Assembly (NCBI GenBank): GCA_964641255.1
Contig: CAZXMM010000001.1
Coordinates: 143,757-207,756 of the forward strand
Direction of reading: 5' to 3'
Source of the DNA: an uncultured Gammaproteobacteria bacterium
GTDB lineage: Bacteria; Patescibacteriota; Microgenomatia; JAMCZE01
DNA: 64,000 nucleotides
A program made the position numbers and the translations under genes. The notes beneath the pieces were generated by a model. That model was not told where the DNA came from, did not search any database, and saw nothing but the letters and a program-made list of their open reading frames with translations. Of the stretch, positions 9,490-18,155 are shown one piece after another (the first letter of the stretch is position 1; every line of letters starts with the position of its first letter).

Positions 9490-10203
9490 ATGATCAAGCT
9501 GATAGTAAACGGTGATGATTTTGGCATAACAAAGGGAGTTAACAGAGGTATTCTCGAAACGGCTAAAAAGGGCATTTTGACCTCAACTTCGGTTATGGTC
9601 AATCGCCCATACGCCGCAAAAGTCAAAGAGTTTCATCAGACAGTCCCACAAGTAGGTATAGGCTTACACGTTGAGTTCGCAAAGGGGTTTCTTGATCGAA
9701 CTAAGAATCAAGGCGAGGTTGGACAAAGCGAAATCTTGCAGACTATCGAGGAGCAAATTACCAAGTTCAAGGATATGGCCGGATTTATGCCCGATCATAT
9801 GGACTTCCACAAGGTTGCTATTCGTCCGACCAAAACGTTTGTTATTGACGATATTTCCTTATTTAAGAATCCAGTTAACGCTGTCTCAGAGAAATATAAT
9901 CTTCCGTGGCGTGGAATAGATGAAATTACAGTTATTGATACCTTCCATGGAGCTATCTACGATTCGCAAAGTCATAAAAAGTCGAGCATGAATTTGGAAA
10001 GAATTTCTCCGGCTGCACTTATCAAGGTTTTAAGGTCGCTGAAAGATGGAACATACGAACTTATGACGCATCCTGGCTATGTTGATGAAGAATTAACCAG
10101 CAGCTATGCGCAAGAAAGGGAAGTAGAAGTAGCTACCCTTTGTGACCCAAAAGTTATTGAGGAGATTAAAAGATTAGATATAAAGCTCGTCCCATATGAG
10201 TAA
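9490..10203 (+). CDS. ChbG/YdjC-family carbohydrate deacetylase
   Basis: N-terminal NGDDFG motif and conserved His/Asp positions of the YdjC-like family. Confidence 0.65.
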   Translation: MIKLIVNGDDFGITKGVNRGILETAKKGILTSTSVMVNRPYAAKVKEFHQTVPQVGIGLHVEFAKGFLDRTKNQGEVGQSEILQTIEEQITKFKDMAGFMPDHMDFHKVAIRPTKTFVIDDISLFKNPVNAVSEKYNLPWRGIDEITVIDTFHGAIYDSQSHKKSSMNLERISPAALIKVLRSLKDGTYELMTHPGYVDEELTSSYAQEREVEVATLCDPKVIEEIKRLDIKLVPYE

Positions 10204-10783
10204 AAAATCAAAAACAGAAAAAGGTGGACAGCGCTTAGAACCTGCCGGTTCAGGTACTGTTCAAATAGTGCAATTGTCTCCTAACGACTGGACCGTGCTT
10301 CGTGATCTGAAATTAAAATCAATTGATCAAGAGCCAATAGCTTTTGCTGATCCCGGACCAGAGCGAAATAAGTATGTTGCTAGAACGGAGGATGAATGGC
10401 GAGATATTCTTGCCGGCAAAATGTCGAATGGCGAGCCTGGCGAAACAGTCATGTTCTTTGCCAGAGTTGGTAATGAATATGTTGGTATGGTATCTGCGAT
10501 AGTGCCAGCTGATAGATCAAGGACGGCAACAATTCAGCATATGTTTGTCGACAGAACCCAGCGTGGACGTCATATTGGGCGACAGCTTCTTGAACATTTA
10601 GTCGTTGAACTAAAAAGTAAGCCAAATCTTGATAAGGCAGAGCTTCAAGTTGTGGCAACGCAGACTCCGGCGGTTATGCTCTATCAAAGTCTGGGCTTCC
10701 AGCAAACTAAAGTATTTGAAGGTGAAGCGGTTCGAGATGGCATATCTTATGACGAAATCGAAATGGAACTAGACTTGAGGTAG
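10196..10783 (+). CDS. GNAT family N-acetyltransferase
   Basis: QRGRHIGRQLLEHL acetyl-CoA-binding motif. Confidence 0.75.
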   Translation: MSKKSKTEKGGQRLEPAGSGTVQIVQLSPNDWTVLRDLKLKSIDQEPIAFADPGPERNKYVARTEDEWRDILAGKMSNGEPGETVMFFARVGNEYVGMVSAIVPADRSRTATIQHMFVDRTQRGRHIGRQLLEHLVVELKSKPNLDKAELQVVATQTPAVMLYQSLGFQQTKVFEGEAVRDGISYDEIEMELDLR

Positions 10784-10978
10784 TTCTATTTGTAAGAACG
10801 AATAAGATCGCAAAACTTCCAAGCTAGCTAGTGATATTTCTCGGTTAAGAAATGCGTCCTTCAAGGGGAGCCAGATTTTTGAAATTTCTTGATAATCACC
10901 CTAGGACAAAACAAGATAGGGAAGCGGGGTAGGTTATAAAAGTGGTAGGTGAGACTCACTCCACCCGGCGAGTAGTGA

Positions 10979-11185
10979 TTACATTAGCTGGGTATAAACC
11001 ATTGTCCCGAAGATAGCACCAATTACCGTAAGAACAAACTTTAGGATTTTATTACTCTCGCTTTTCTTAAAAAGAAGGTAAAGGCCAACAATCGGGATGG
11101 CAAAGACCATAAAGAAAATCCCAGGAACCAGGTAAAGAAGCGTTGCAGTGTCACTGTTTGCTTTTACTGGTTTGCTATCTGCCAT
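10979..11185 (-). CDS. small hypothetical membrane protein
   Basis: 68 aa, two TM helices. Confidence 0.3.
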   Translation of the reverse strand: MADSKPVKANSDTATLLYLVPGIFFMVFAIPIVGLYLLFKKSESNKILKFVLTVIGAIFGTMVYTQLM

Positions 11186-11189
11186 ATGT

Positions 11190-11723
11190 CTACCAAATTT
11201 CTACCGTGTCAAGCATTGCTTGAGCTTGCGGGAGATATTGGTCATAGGTTTCAGGGAAAGCGGTGTAAGAGAAGGCGTATGACTTTCCGTTTTTAAGGTT
11301 CCAAACTTGAAGGTTTTTGTATTGGTTGCCGTCCACAGCGTTCATGTAAACTACTTTGTGGTATTGCACTCCGTTTAGGGTAATATCTGACTGTTCAACC
11401 AGTTTATAGCCAGGAATCTGAGTTACTGCAGCCATGGCTAGCTTGGTATAAGTGGTTAAGGTCATGCCTTCATCAATTTGATCGTCAATTAGGAACTTAA
11501 ATTCTGCCTCTTTGCCTTTTGTGAAGGCCACTTTTATGATTGTAGGCTCTTTGTACTCGGTCTTTACCCAATCGGATGGGTATTTGAACTTCACTTTCAG
11601 AACTGGATTGTAGTAATCTTTTGTCCCTGCAACTGTTTTTTGGGTGTTGACGTTAGTCGTTGGGAAGATACCATTTGGACGAAGAAGTTTAAGACAAGCT
11701 ACACCAACTACAGAAGGCTCCAT
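11190..11723 (-). CDS. hypothetical protein
   Basis: 177-aa ORF, beta-rich, no recognised motif. Confidence 0.35.
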   Translation of the reverse strand: MEPSVVGVACLKLLRPNGIFPTTNVNTQKTVAGTKDYYNPVLKVKFKYPSDWVKTEYKEPTIIKVAFTKGKEAEFKFLIDDQIDEGMTLTTYTKLAMAAVTQIPGYKLVEQSDITLNGVQYHKVVYMNAVDGNQYKNLQVWNLKNGKSYAFSYTAFPETYDQYLPQAQAMLDTVEIW

Positions 11724-11744
11724 ATTTTGTGATAGAATTTATCT

Positions 11745-12419
11745 GTGAACCCCTACGTAGTCTTCGCTTTATTGTTTCTGGGTTTAAGTAATTGGATCCA
11801 ACTTCGTTATCTTCTCGGAAATTTATTTGTACACCACAAACTTAGCAATACGGATGGAAAAGGGTTACTTGCCTCATTGAACAGAAAAACTGGATTGAAT
11901 TTATCAATTAAATTAATAGATGGACGAGATAAAGCAATCGGATTCATGGTTAGTAGTCCTCCATTTAAACCTGTGATGATATTTTCGGAAAAACTATATG
12001 AATTACTGAATAAGGATGAGTTTGAGTGGGTGGCCTTACACGAGTCTGGCCACTATTTAATGTGGCATAACTTGAAAATGGCCCTAACACAATTGGCTGT
12101 CGGCACGCTTGGAATAGCGCTTCTAAGTTTATTGCCGAGTTCCTTATTAACTCCAGCATTACTATCGGTGATTCTTAGTATTTTGTATATCCAATTAGCA
12201 AAGATTTACGAATATCAGGCAGACAATTATTCTGTTACCAACATGGACAATCCAAAAGGAATGATATCTGGAAACATTAAAATGAAAAAAGCAAATATGA
12301 CTCTAGGTGGTAATAAAATTTTACAGTTGGTATGGGTCATCGCTGTTCCCTACGAGAAACGGATAGCGATGGCAGAGAAGGAGATTGATCGGAGAGAGGG
12401 TAAAGGACAAAAATCTTAA
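11745..12419 (+). CDS. putative membrane zinc metallopeptidase (HExxH)
   Basis: ALHESGHY HExxH motif next to TM helices (M48/M56-like arrangement). Confidence 0.45.
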   Translation: MNPYVVFALLFLGLSNWIQLRYLLGNLFVHHKLSNTDGKGLLASLNRKTGLNLSIKLIDGRDKAIGFMVSSPPFKPVMIFSEKLYELLNKDEFEWVALHESGHYLMWHNLKMALTQLAVGTLGIALLSLLPSSLLTPALLSVILSILYIQLAKIYEYQADNYSVTNMDNPKGMISGNIKMKKANMTLGGNKILQLVWVIAVPYEKRIAMAEKEIDRREGKGQKS

Positions 12420-12598
12420 ATCTGTGCGCAAAAGTTCCAAACTCCATCTTTTAGTCTACCGAAGCTGAAGGCGAAGGGGACCGCCAGGGCGGTCTCTATC
12501 CTATAGTTTGGTTACCTTCTTGTTTTGCGACAAAATACAAGCATGGGTAAGGAAGATGACGAAAATCTGCCGTACGAATCCCTACTTTATTTGCCCTC

Positions 12599-12646
12599 TT
12601 GACATATTAGAACATGTGTTCTATTATAACTAGAACATCTGTTCTA
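12599..12646 (+). promoter_or_regulatory. sigma70-type promoter (TTGACA, 17-nt spacer, TATTAT) overlapped by two palindromic TetR-type operators TAGAACAnnTGTTCTA
   Basis: -35 at 12599..12604, -10 at 12622..12627; operator copies at 12608..12623 and 12631..12646. Confidence 0.6.
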
Positions 12647-12649
12647 TAT

Positions 12650-13225
12650 ATGAGAGTTAACACCAAACAAATTATTCTTCAAAAGGCAACCCGAGTATTT
12701 GCTAAAAATGTGTATCAACATTTCAGCATAAGAAATGTTGCTAAAGAAATTCCACTGGCTCACTCTGTTTTATATCACTATTTTAAGGACGAAGAAGAAT
12801 TATTGAAGGAGATGTATGAATCTTTGAACAGTGCCCTTGGTGAAAAGAGAGCAAAATTGCCAAAAACTAAAACTGCGTCTGAAATGCTCAAACAACGTAT
12901 TAAATTTCAGATTGAGAATGAAGAAGAAATAGTTGCTGTTTTAAAGTATTACCTTTCTCATAGAAAGAATTTTAAAAGATTTAAAAATGGCTTTGTTCCT
13001 GACAAAAGCTCACTACATATAGAAGAGGTTTTACGATTTGGAATGGAAACGAAAGAATTTTTTGTCGAAAATCTGGATGATGATGCAAAAGTAATAACAC
13101 ATGCAATTAATGGCTTTCTACTTGAATACTATCCTCATATCCCAACGGGGAAAGAAAAAAACGAACTCGTTGATAGAATCTTTAACTTTTTAATAAGAGC
13201 CTTGAAGGGAGGTGAAAACAAATGA
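12650..13225 (+). CDS. TetR/AcrR family transcriptional regulator
   Basis: N-terminal HTH (RNVAKEIPLAHSVLYHYF) typical of TetR; start chosen at the ATG after the operators (MRVNTKQ). Confidence 0.8.
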   Translation: MRVNTKQIILQKATRVFAKNVYQHFSIRNVAKEIPLAHSVLYHYFKDEEELLKEMYESLNSALGEKRAKLPKTKTASEMLKQRIKFQIENEEEIVAVLKYYLSHRKNFKRFKNGFVPDKSSLHIEEVLRFGMETKEFFVENLDDDAKVITHAINGFLLEYYPHIPTGKEKNELVDRIFNFLIRALKGGENK

Positions 13226-13419
13226 AATTGATAAATATTTTAACTTTAGTACTTGTTGTTGTAGGGGGTCTTAACTGGGGTCTTGTTGGATTATTCAAAT
13301 TTAATCTAGTAACTACTTTATTCGGTGAAGCATCAATACTTTCAAGTATAGTTTTCGTTCTTGTTGGTCTTTCTGCTGCTTACGTTGCAGCTATTATGTT
13401 GCCAAAAGAGATGAAGTAA
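13222..13419 (+). CDS. DUF378 family membrane protein
   Basis: VVGGLNWGLVGLF signature; ATGA overlap with the tetR stop implies an operon. Confidence 0.7.
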   Translation: MKLINILTLVLVVVGGLNWGLVGLFKFNLVTTLFGEASILSSIVFVLVGLSAAYVAAIMLPKEMK

Positions 13420-13845
13420 TTACAACTTAGGTGGCACAGTCCTTGTGCCACCAGTAGTGATAGGTACCAATAGTATTTCTTTTGAGGGTGTAGAGTTGGG
13501 GAAGCTAGGCTGCAGACTAGCTTCCCTATATAAAGATTTGTTACAAACTAGATAAAAAAGGTTTCAAAAGCACTATCAATTTTGCTATTAGCATTAATTA
13601 TCTTTATTCCCCATACCGATTATGCACACCAGCCCGTCTTACAGAAACAAACATACTCTAGTGACTGATTCGAAAATTTCTAAGACATATTACGACAAGC
13701 TCAGTAGTAAGCGGAATACGTACTTCTCTTGGGGATCCTTTACTTATTTTTTGGGGCTTTGCTCTTTTCGGAGCATTAGTTAGCATTTTATACTGTGTTT
13801 GGCAAAAAATATTCGTCCTATAAATAATTAAGGTATAATTTAAAC

Positions 13846-14244
13846 ATGAATACTGCCTATAATTGGTATCAACAATTAATAAAGCCTTCATGGGCGCCCC
13901 CGTCTTTTCTTTTTGGACCCGTATGGACAGTACTTTATATTCTCATAGCCGCTTCATTTGGTAAGGTATTTTTGATGGCTTTTCAAAAACAGATACCTTT
14001 AATAGTTATTTTGCCATTTGTGCTGAATCTTATATTCAATTTTGCTTTTACACCGATTCAATTTGGTCTAAAGAATAATTTTCTTGCCAGTATTGATATT
14101 TTGCTTGTGCTTATAACCATTATTTGGACAATTTTTGTAATTTATCCCCATGCTCGTTGGCTTGCCTACCTACAAATTCCATATCTATTTTGGGTAGTTT
14201 TTGCAACCTGCTTACAACTGACAATTACTTATTTAAACTGGTAA
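13846..14244 (+). CDS. TspO/MBR family protein (short, apparently lacking the first TM helix)
   Basis: WYQQLIKPSWAPPSFLFGPVWTVLY signature motif at the very N-terminus; stop codons upstream in frame. Confidence 0.7.
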   Translation: MNTAYNWYQQLIKPSWAPPSFLFGPVWTVLYILIAASFGKVFLMAFQKQIPLIVILPFVLNLIFNFAFTPIQFGLKNNFLASIDILLVLITIIWTIFVIYPHARWLAYLQIPYLFWVVFATCLQLTITYLNW

Positions 14245-14586
14245 ATCTACGAATACGGGGTAATGCCTAATTGTAATTTATTTTTCTCCATTCTGGCTGT
14301 GTTCTAAAACACTCATGTAAGCTAGTTTCTAAATTGCGCCAAAACCTTAGGGTATAATAAGTCGAGGCTCGGAGAGCTAATGAAAGTGGGCACGAGCCTT
14401 TCCTGTTCTCGGCAGAATATTGGGACTTTTGTAGAATCTAGATATGAAGGTAAAAGACAAGGCAGGAAATATCTATAACAAGTCGGCAAAATTGTGGCAT
14501 CAGACCAGAGCGGCAACGCTGGAGCGAACTAATGATCCCAAACTACCGAAACAGAATCGCCCCCATTTGTTTATAGAAAAGCCAGC

Positions 14587-14943
14587 GTGTATTCCAAAGT
14601 ACCAGACTTAAGTGGGAAGAGGGTTTTGTGTTTGGGGTGTGGTTCGGGGGGAGAAACTGAATTTTTACTTACCAAGAAACCAGCCGAGCTATTTGGAGCC
14701 GATATTTCGGAAAAATTAATTAAGTTTGCTAAAAAAGCGTACCGGAGGACATGTTTTTCAGTCATCGATGTGGAAAGCTTGATCTTCCCAAGTAATCGAT
14801 TTGATTTTGTCTATTCCAGCTTGCGGGTTGACTGTTTTGAGAGTTGGGAGAAGATGCTTTCGGAAGTAAGAAGGGTCTTAATGCCAAATGGAATATTCCT
14901 TTTTTCAGACAGTCACCCTGTTAAAATGACGCAGAAAGTATGA
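14587..14943 (+). CDS. class I SAM-dependent methyltransferase (short, possibly truncated)
   Basis: VLCLGCGSGGE motif I; GTG start; only 118 aa. Confidence 0.5.
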   Translation: MYSKVPDLSGKRVLCLGCGSGGETEFLLTKKPAELFGADISEKLIKFAKKAYRRTCFSVIDVESLIFPSNRFDFVYSSLRVDCFESWEKMLSEVRRVLMPNGIFLFSDSHPVKMTQKV

Positions 14944-15055
14944 CATCGATTATTGGGAAGTCAATAAAAAAATCCCAAATTTTATAATTTTCGAGCGTCA
15001 GAAAATTTATGAGTAAGTACCTAAAACAATTTCTATTACTCAATACAATCAACTT

Positions 15056-15406
15056 ATGACTTTAAGTACTTCTTGGTTTGAGATTTCTGTGACTGACTTA
15101 ACAAGAGCCATGAATTTTTATAGTCATGTTTTTGGAGTTGAGTTTCGAGTCGAAAGTATTCACAGAAATGAAATGGCCATATTCCCTGATAGGGTTGGTG
15201 CTCTTGCGAAAGGAGCTAGTTATAAACCGTCAAAATATGGAACCAGGATTTATCTTAATGTTGAAAACATTGACAAGGTTTTAAAAAGGGCTATAGAAAA
15301 GGATGGCAAAGTATTATTTCCCAAAACGGCTGTTGGGGTGTATGGATTTGTGGCAGAAATCGAGGATTCGGAGGGCAATTGCATCGCTTTAAGTTCTACG
15401 TGTTAG
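15056..15406 (+). CDS. VOC (glyoxalase/bleomycin-resistance fold) family protein
   Basis: FEISVTDLTRAMNFYSHVFG N-terminal VOC pattern. Confidence 0.55.
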   Translation: MTLSTSWFEISVTDLTRAMNFYSHVFGVEFRVESIHRNEMAIFPDRVGALAKGASYKPSKYGTRIYLNVENIDKVLKRAIEKDGKVLFPKTAVGVYGFVAEIEDSEGNCIALSSTC

Positions 15407-15416
15407 AATAAATTAA

Positions 15417-15917
15417 ATGAGTAAACTAATTAGCTGCATCTGGTTTGCTAATAATGACGGAGAAGAGGCAGCTAAATACTACCTCGATACTTTCAACTCA
15501 GCCCCCGGTGACCATAGTGCAGAAATGGGAGACATCACAAAAACCCCTAAAGCAGTAGAAGAGGTGGGGGGAAGACCAAGGGGATCTGTTTTAACTGCCG
15601 AATATGAACTTGATGGAATAAGCTTCATGGCTCTTAACGGGGGTCCCGTTGATCAGTTCAAGCTTAATGGTGCCACTTCATATATTGTTGAGTGTGAGAC
15701 ACAAGAAGAAATTGATTTCTTCTGGGAAAAACTCTCAAGTGTTCCCGAAGCGGAGCAGTGTGGCTGGTGCACGGATAAATTTGGGGTAACGTGGCAAATA
15801 GTACCCAGAATCCTAGATGAGTTAATGCGTAATCCCGAAAAGGCCGAAGCCCTAACAGCTGCTTTTATGCCTATGAAAAAAATTGATCTTGAAACAATTC
15901 GAAAAGCTGGCGAATAA
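15417..15917 (+). CDS. VOC family protein of the 3-demethylubiquinone-9 3-methyltransferase-domain (PhnB-like) type
   Basis: CGWCTDKFGVTWQI C-terminal signature. Confidence 0.6.
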   Translation: MSKLISCIWFANNDGEEAAKYYLDTFNSAPGDHSAEMGDITKTPKAVEEVGGRPRGSVLTAEYELDGISFMALNGGPVDQFKLNGATSYIVECETQEEIDFFWEKLSSVPEAEQCGWCTDKFGVTWQIVPRILDELMRNPEKAEALTAAFMPMKKIDLETIRKAGE

Positions 15918-16031
15918 ATTTGACAAGATTTTACAAAAATAATTTAAGACAGTTTTAAAGTAACCCATATTGTTTTCGGCACTTCGGCAAAGAAATCATC
16001 ACCGACTTTGGGATTTTGATTAAATCAATTT

Positions 16032-16778
16032 ATGAATAAGAAACGAGGAAATGTGTTAGTCATTATTCTCGGAGTGTTGCTAGTTGTTGCCGTTTCCGTA
16101 GGGGGATATTTTTATTGGCAAACTCAATCTTTATCCAAGGATACAGATTTGGTTTCAATCGTAAAAGAGACAAAGCCAATTCAGACGCTTGAGCCCAAAG
16201 GGTCAGAGCCGCCTGCTAATCGAAGAGCTTTTGAAACTGCGGTTTTAAAAGTGGTTGCCCAAGGAGGCCTGGACCTAGATCTGTATGAAGTCTCAGTCAC
16301 TTTTACAAAAGAGGAAGGCGAGATGGTGGCAGTAGTAAAGAGGGTCGATGCTGATAACCCCTTCTATCGAGGGGCGGGAGATGAAAAATTAGTTATCCAG
16401 AGAGGAAAAGACCAATTGACAGTTAGACCAGTGTTTGAGGGCGTGGGATCGGCTCTTTCTAAAAAACTAACCACAGAAGTTGTTTATAACAATAGCCTGA
16501 CGAGGAAACCCATTTATCGATTAGTGGAAAAGGATGTAAGCGGCAATAATGGTCTGAGGGGGTCTGTGTATACAACACAATACACCGATGATCCCGAAAT
16601 ATGTAGTGCATTCCAGTCTATTGATGTAAAGGCTTATCCCGCCTGTATTCCTGGGGGATTGGATATTTTCCTCCAAGACGGAAACCACGTGTCGATTCAT
16701 TGCTCGCTAGAAAGAAGTGATGCAATGTGGTGTGATGATAAGGTTAAAAGTCTAGCCGTTTCTGTAAGGAAGCTATAA
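16032..16778 (+). CDS. hypothetical membrane-anchored protein
   Basis: N-terminal TM helix, no recognised domain. Confidence 0.35.
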   Translation: MNKKRGNVLVIILGVLLVVAVSVGGYFYWQTQSLSKDTDLVSIVKETKPIQTLEPKGSEPPANRRAFETAVLKVVAQGGLDLDLYEVSVTFTKEEGEMVAVVKRVDADNPFYRGAGDEKLVIQRGKDQLTVRPVFEGVGSALSKKLTTEVVYNNSLTRKPIYRLVEKDVSGNNGLRGSVYTTQYTDDPEICSAFQSIDVKAYPACIPGGLDIFLQDGNHVSIHCSLERSDAMWCDDKVKSLAVSVRKL

Positions 16779-17078
16779 CATTGTCTGAGACCAAGGCTCT
16801 GAGAGGTTGCGCAGACGATAGAGACGGACCTCCATATACTACTTAGAATAGAATCCCAAAATTCATTCGCCCCGCACAGTCAAGCCGCTGAGAAAGGATT
16901 TGGTAAGCTTACATCGTTGTTCTGTTCGTAAGAATTTTCCTGAAATCCTAGGTTATACCGAGCCGGATCAGAGAAAATACGGTGAGACCAATGACGATTA
17001 CAGGATTAGTGAATGATAAGAGGTTGATAGGAATCGAAATTGATATAGGTCCGAGCCCTCCCTTGGTATAATTTAGTT

Positions 17079-17565
17079 ATGAGTCGGCAAAACGGGGCGT
17101 TTTTGATTTTATTCAAGGACGACTTAAGAAAGGAGGTCTTTTTGGTGTTGCGGACAGATTATCCTGTTTGGGTTCTAACTGGTGGAGGAATTAAACCAGG
17201 AGAAACACCAGAAGAAGCTGCTTTTGAGAGAGTGTTATGAAGAAACAGGTTTTAAGGTTAAGTTAGTTGGACCAATTGGAAAATATGTTTATCCTGATAA
17301 AATAAGCTTTATTTTTTAAGGTCGCCATATTGCTGGCTCTTATAGAGCAGAGTTTGTTGGCAATATCGGCAAGTGGTTTCCTGTAAATAGTCTGCCGCCA
17401 GAGATTATTGGCACACCACGGCAGATAATATTGGATGCAGTTTCTCATAAAGATAAGCCGATCATAAAAAATATCAGTTGGTGGCAAGCCTTTATCTTTA
17501 CTAAACTCTTGGCTATTCGCCACCCCAGGATTTTCTTAAAATATCTTCTAAGGAAGAGTAAATAA
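17079..17565 (+). pseudogene. NUDIX hydrolase pseudogene (frameshift + in-frame stop)
   Basis: the NUDIX box GGGIKPGETPEEAAF|RECYEETGF is split by a +1 frameshift near 17227..17240; in-frame TAA at 17317; the downstream frame continues to a stop at 17563. Confidence 0.55.
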
Positions 17566-17569
17566 TCTT

Positions 17570-17824
17570 ATGGCAAAATATATAGTTTCTGGCGGTGTAG
17601 TCCACGCCACCCCACCCGATTTGAGCAAAGCTTTAGCTGCCGACTTGAAGGCGTGGGAGATTTGGGAGAATCTTACCCCGCTGGCCCGCAACGAATGGAT
17701 CTGTTGGACGACCTCTGTTCAAAAAGATAAGACGAGGGGTGAGCATATAAAAAGGGTAGTTGGTGAACTTAAAGAGGGCATGCGGCGGCCGTGTTGTTGG
17801 GCCGGTTGCCAACATCGGCAGTAA
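17570..17824 (+). CDS. YdeI/OmpD-associated family (DUF1801-like) protein
   Basis: 84 aa; TPLARNEWICWTTSVQKDKTRGEHIKRVVGEL family pattern. Confidence 0.45.
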   Translation: MAKYIVSGGVVHATPPDLSKALAADLKAWEIWENLTPLARNEWICWTTSVQKDKTRGEHIKRVVGELKEGMRRPCCWAGCQHRQ

Positions 17825-17842
17825 GCATCGAGTAACCTTTGA

Positions 17843-17865
17843 CATATACCCCCCCAGGGTATATG
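17843..17865 (+). promoter_or_regulatory. CsoR-type operator: perfect 9-bp inverted repeat CATATACCC-N5-GGGTATATG
   Basis: palindrome 10 nt upstream of the csoR ATG; resembles known GC-core CsoR boxes (TACCC...GGGTA). Confidence 0.55.
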
Positions 17866-17874
17866 ATTACTACC

Positions 17875-18153
17875 ATGAAGTCTCACTATCAAGATGGCAA
17901 AGTTCAGGCTCAAAAGAGAGTCAATATTATTAGGGGCCAACTGGACGGACTTCTTAAAATGATCGAGAGAGATGAATATTGTGTCGACCTTCTTAACCAA
18001 AGTTTAGCCATTCAAAATTCTCTTCGCAGTCTGGATTCTGTACTTTTTGAACGCCACGTGTCCACTCACGTTCCACACCAATTCCACACTGATCCCAATA
18101 AAGCCAGTCATGAGCTAGTTGCCCTCTTTAAACGGATTAATAAAAAAAGCTGA
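17875..18153 (+). CDS. csoR: CsoR/RcnR family metal-sensing repressor
   Basis: conserved Cys...His...Cys arrangement (YCVDLL ... [11 protein letters not shown]) of the DUF156/CsoR family; immediately upstream of copA. Confidence 0.7.
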   Translation: MKSHYQDGKVQAQKRVNIIRGQLDGLLKMIERDEYCVDLLNQSLAIQNSLRSLDSVLFERHVSTHVPHQFHTDPNKASHELVALFKRINKKS

Positions 18154-18155
18154 CT

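Noticed and set aside
9281-9493. 70-aa plus-strand ORF overlapping the recombinase-remnant ORF
   Set aside because: It overlaps the minus-strand ORF whose translation shows family-like conservation, and it has no motifs of its own. It could still be real, but it is not supportable from sequence.
13658-13891. 77-aa minus-strand ORF in the 425-bp gap before TspO
   Set aside because: Low-complexity translation, overlaps the TspO promoter and start, and has no RBS or promoter context.
16930-17062. Possible RNase P RNA (GTCCGAGCC-like and CCGGCTCGG-like strings)
   Set aside because: The two P4-like strings are in the wrong order and orientation for either strand, and no other conserved RNase P elements are visible.
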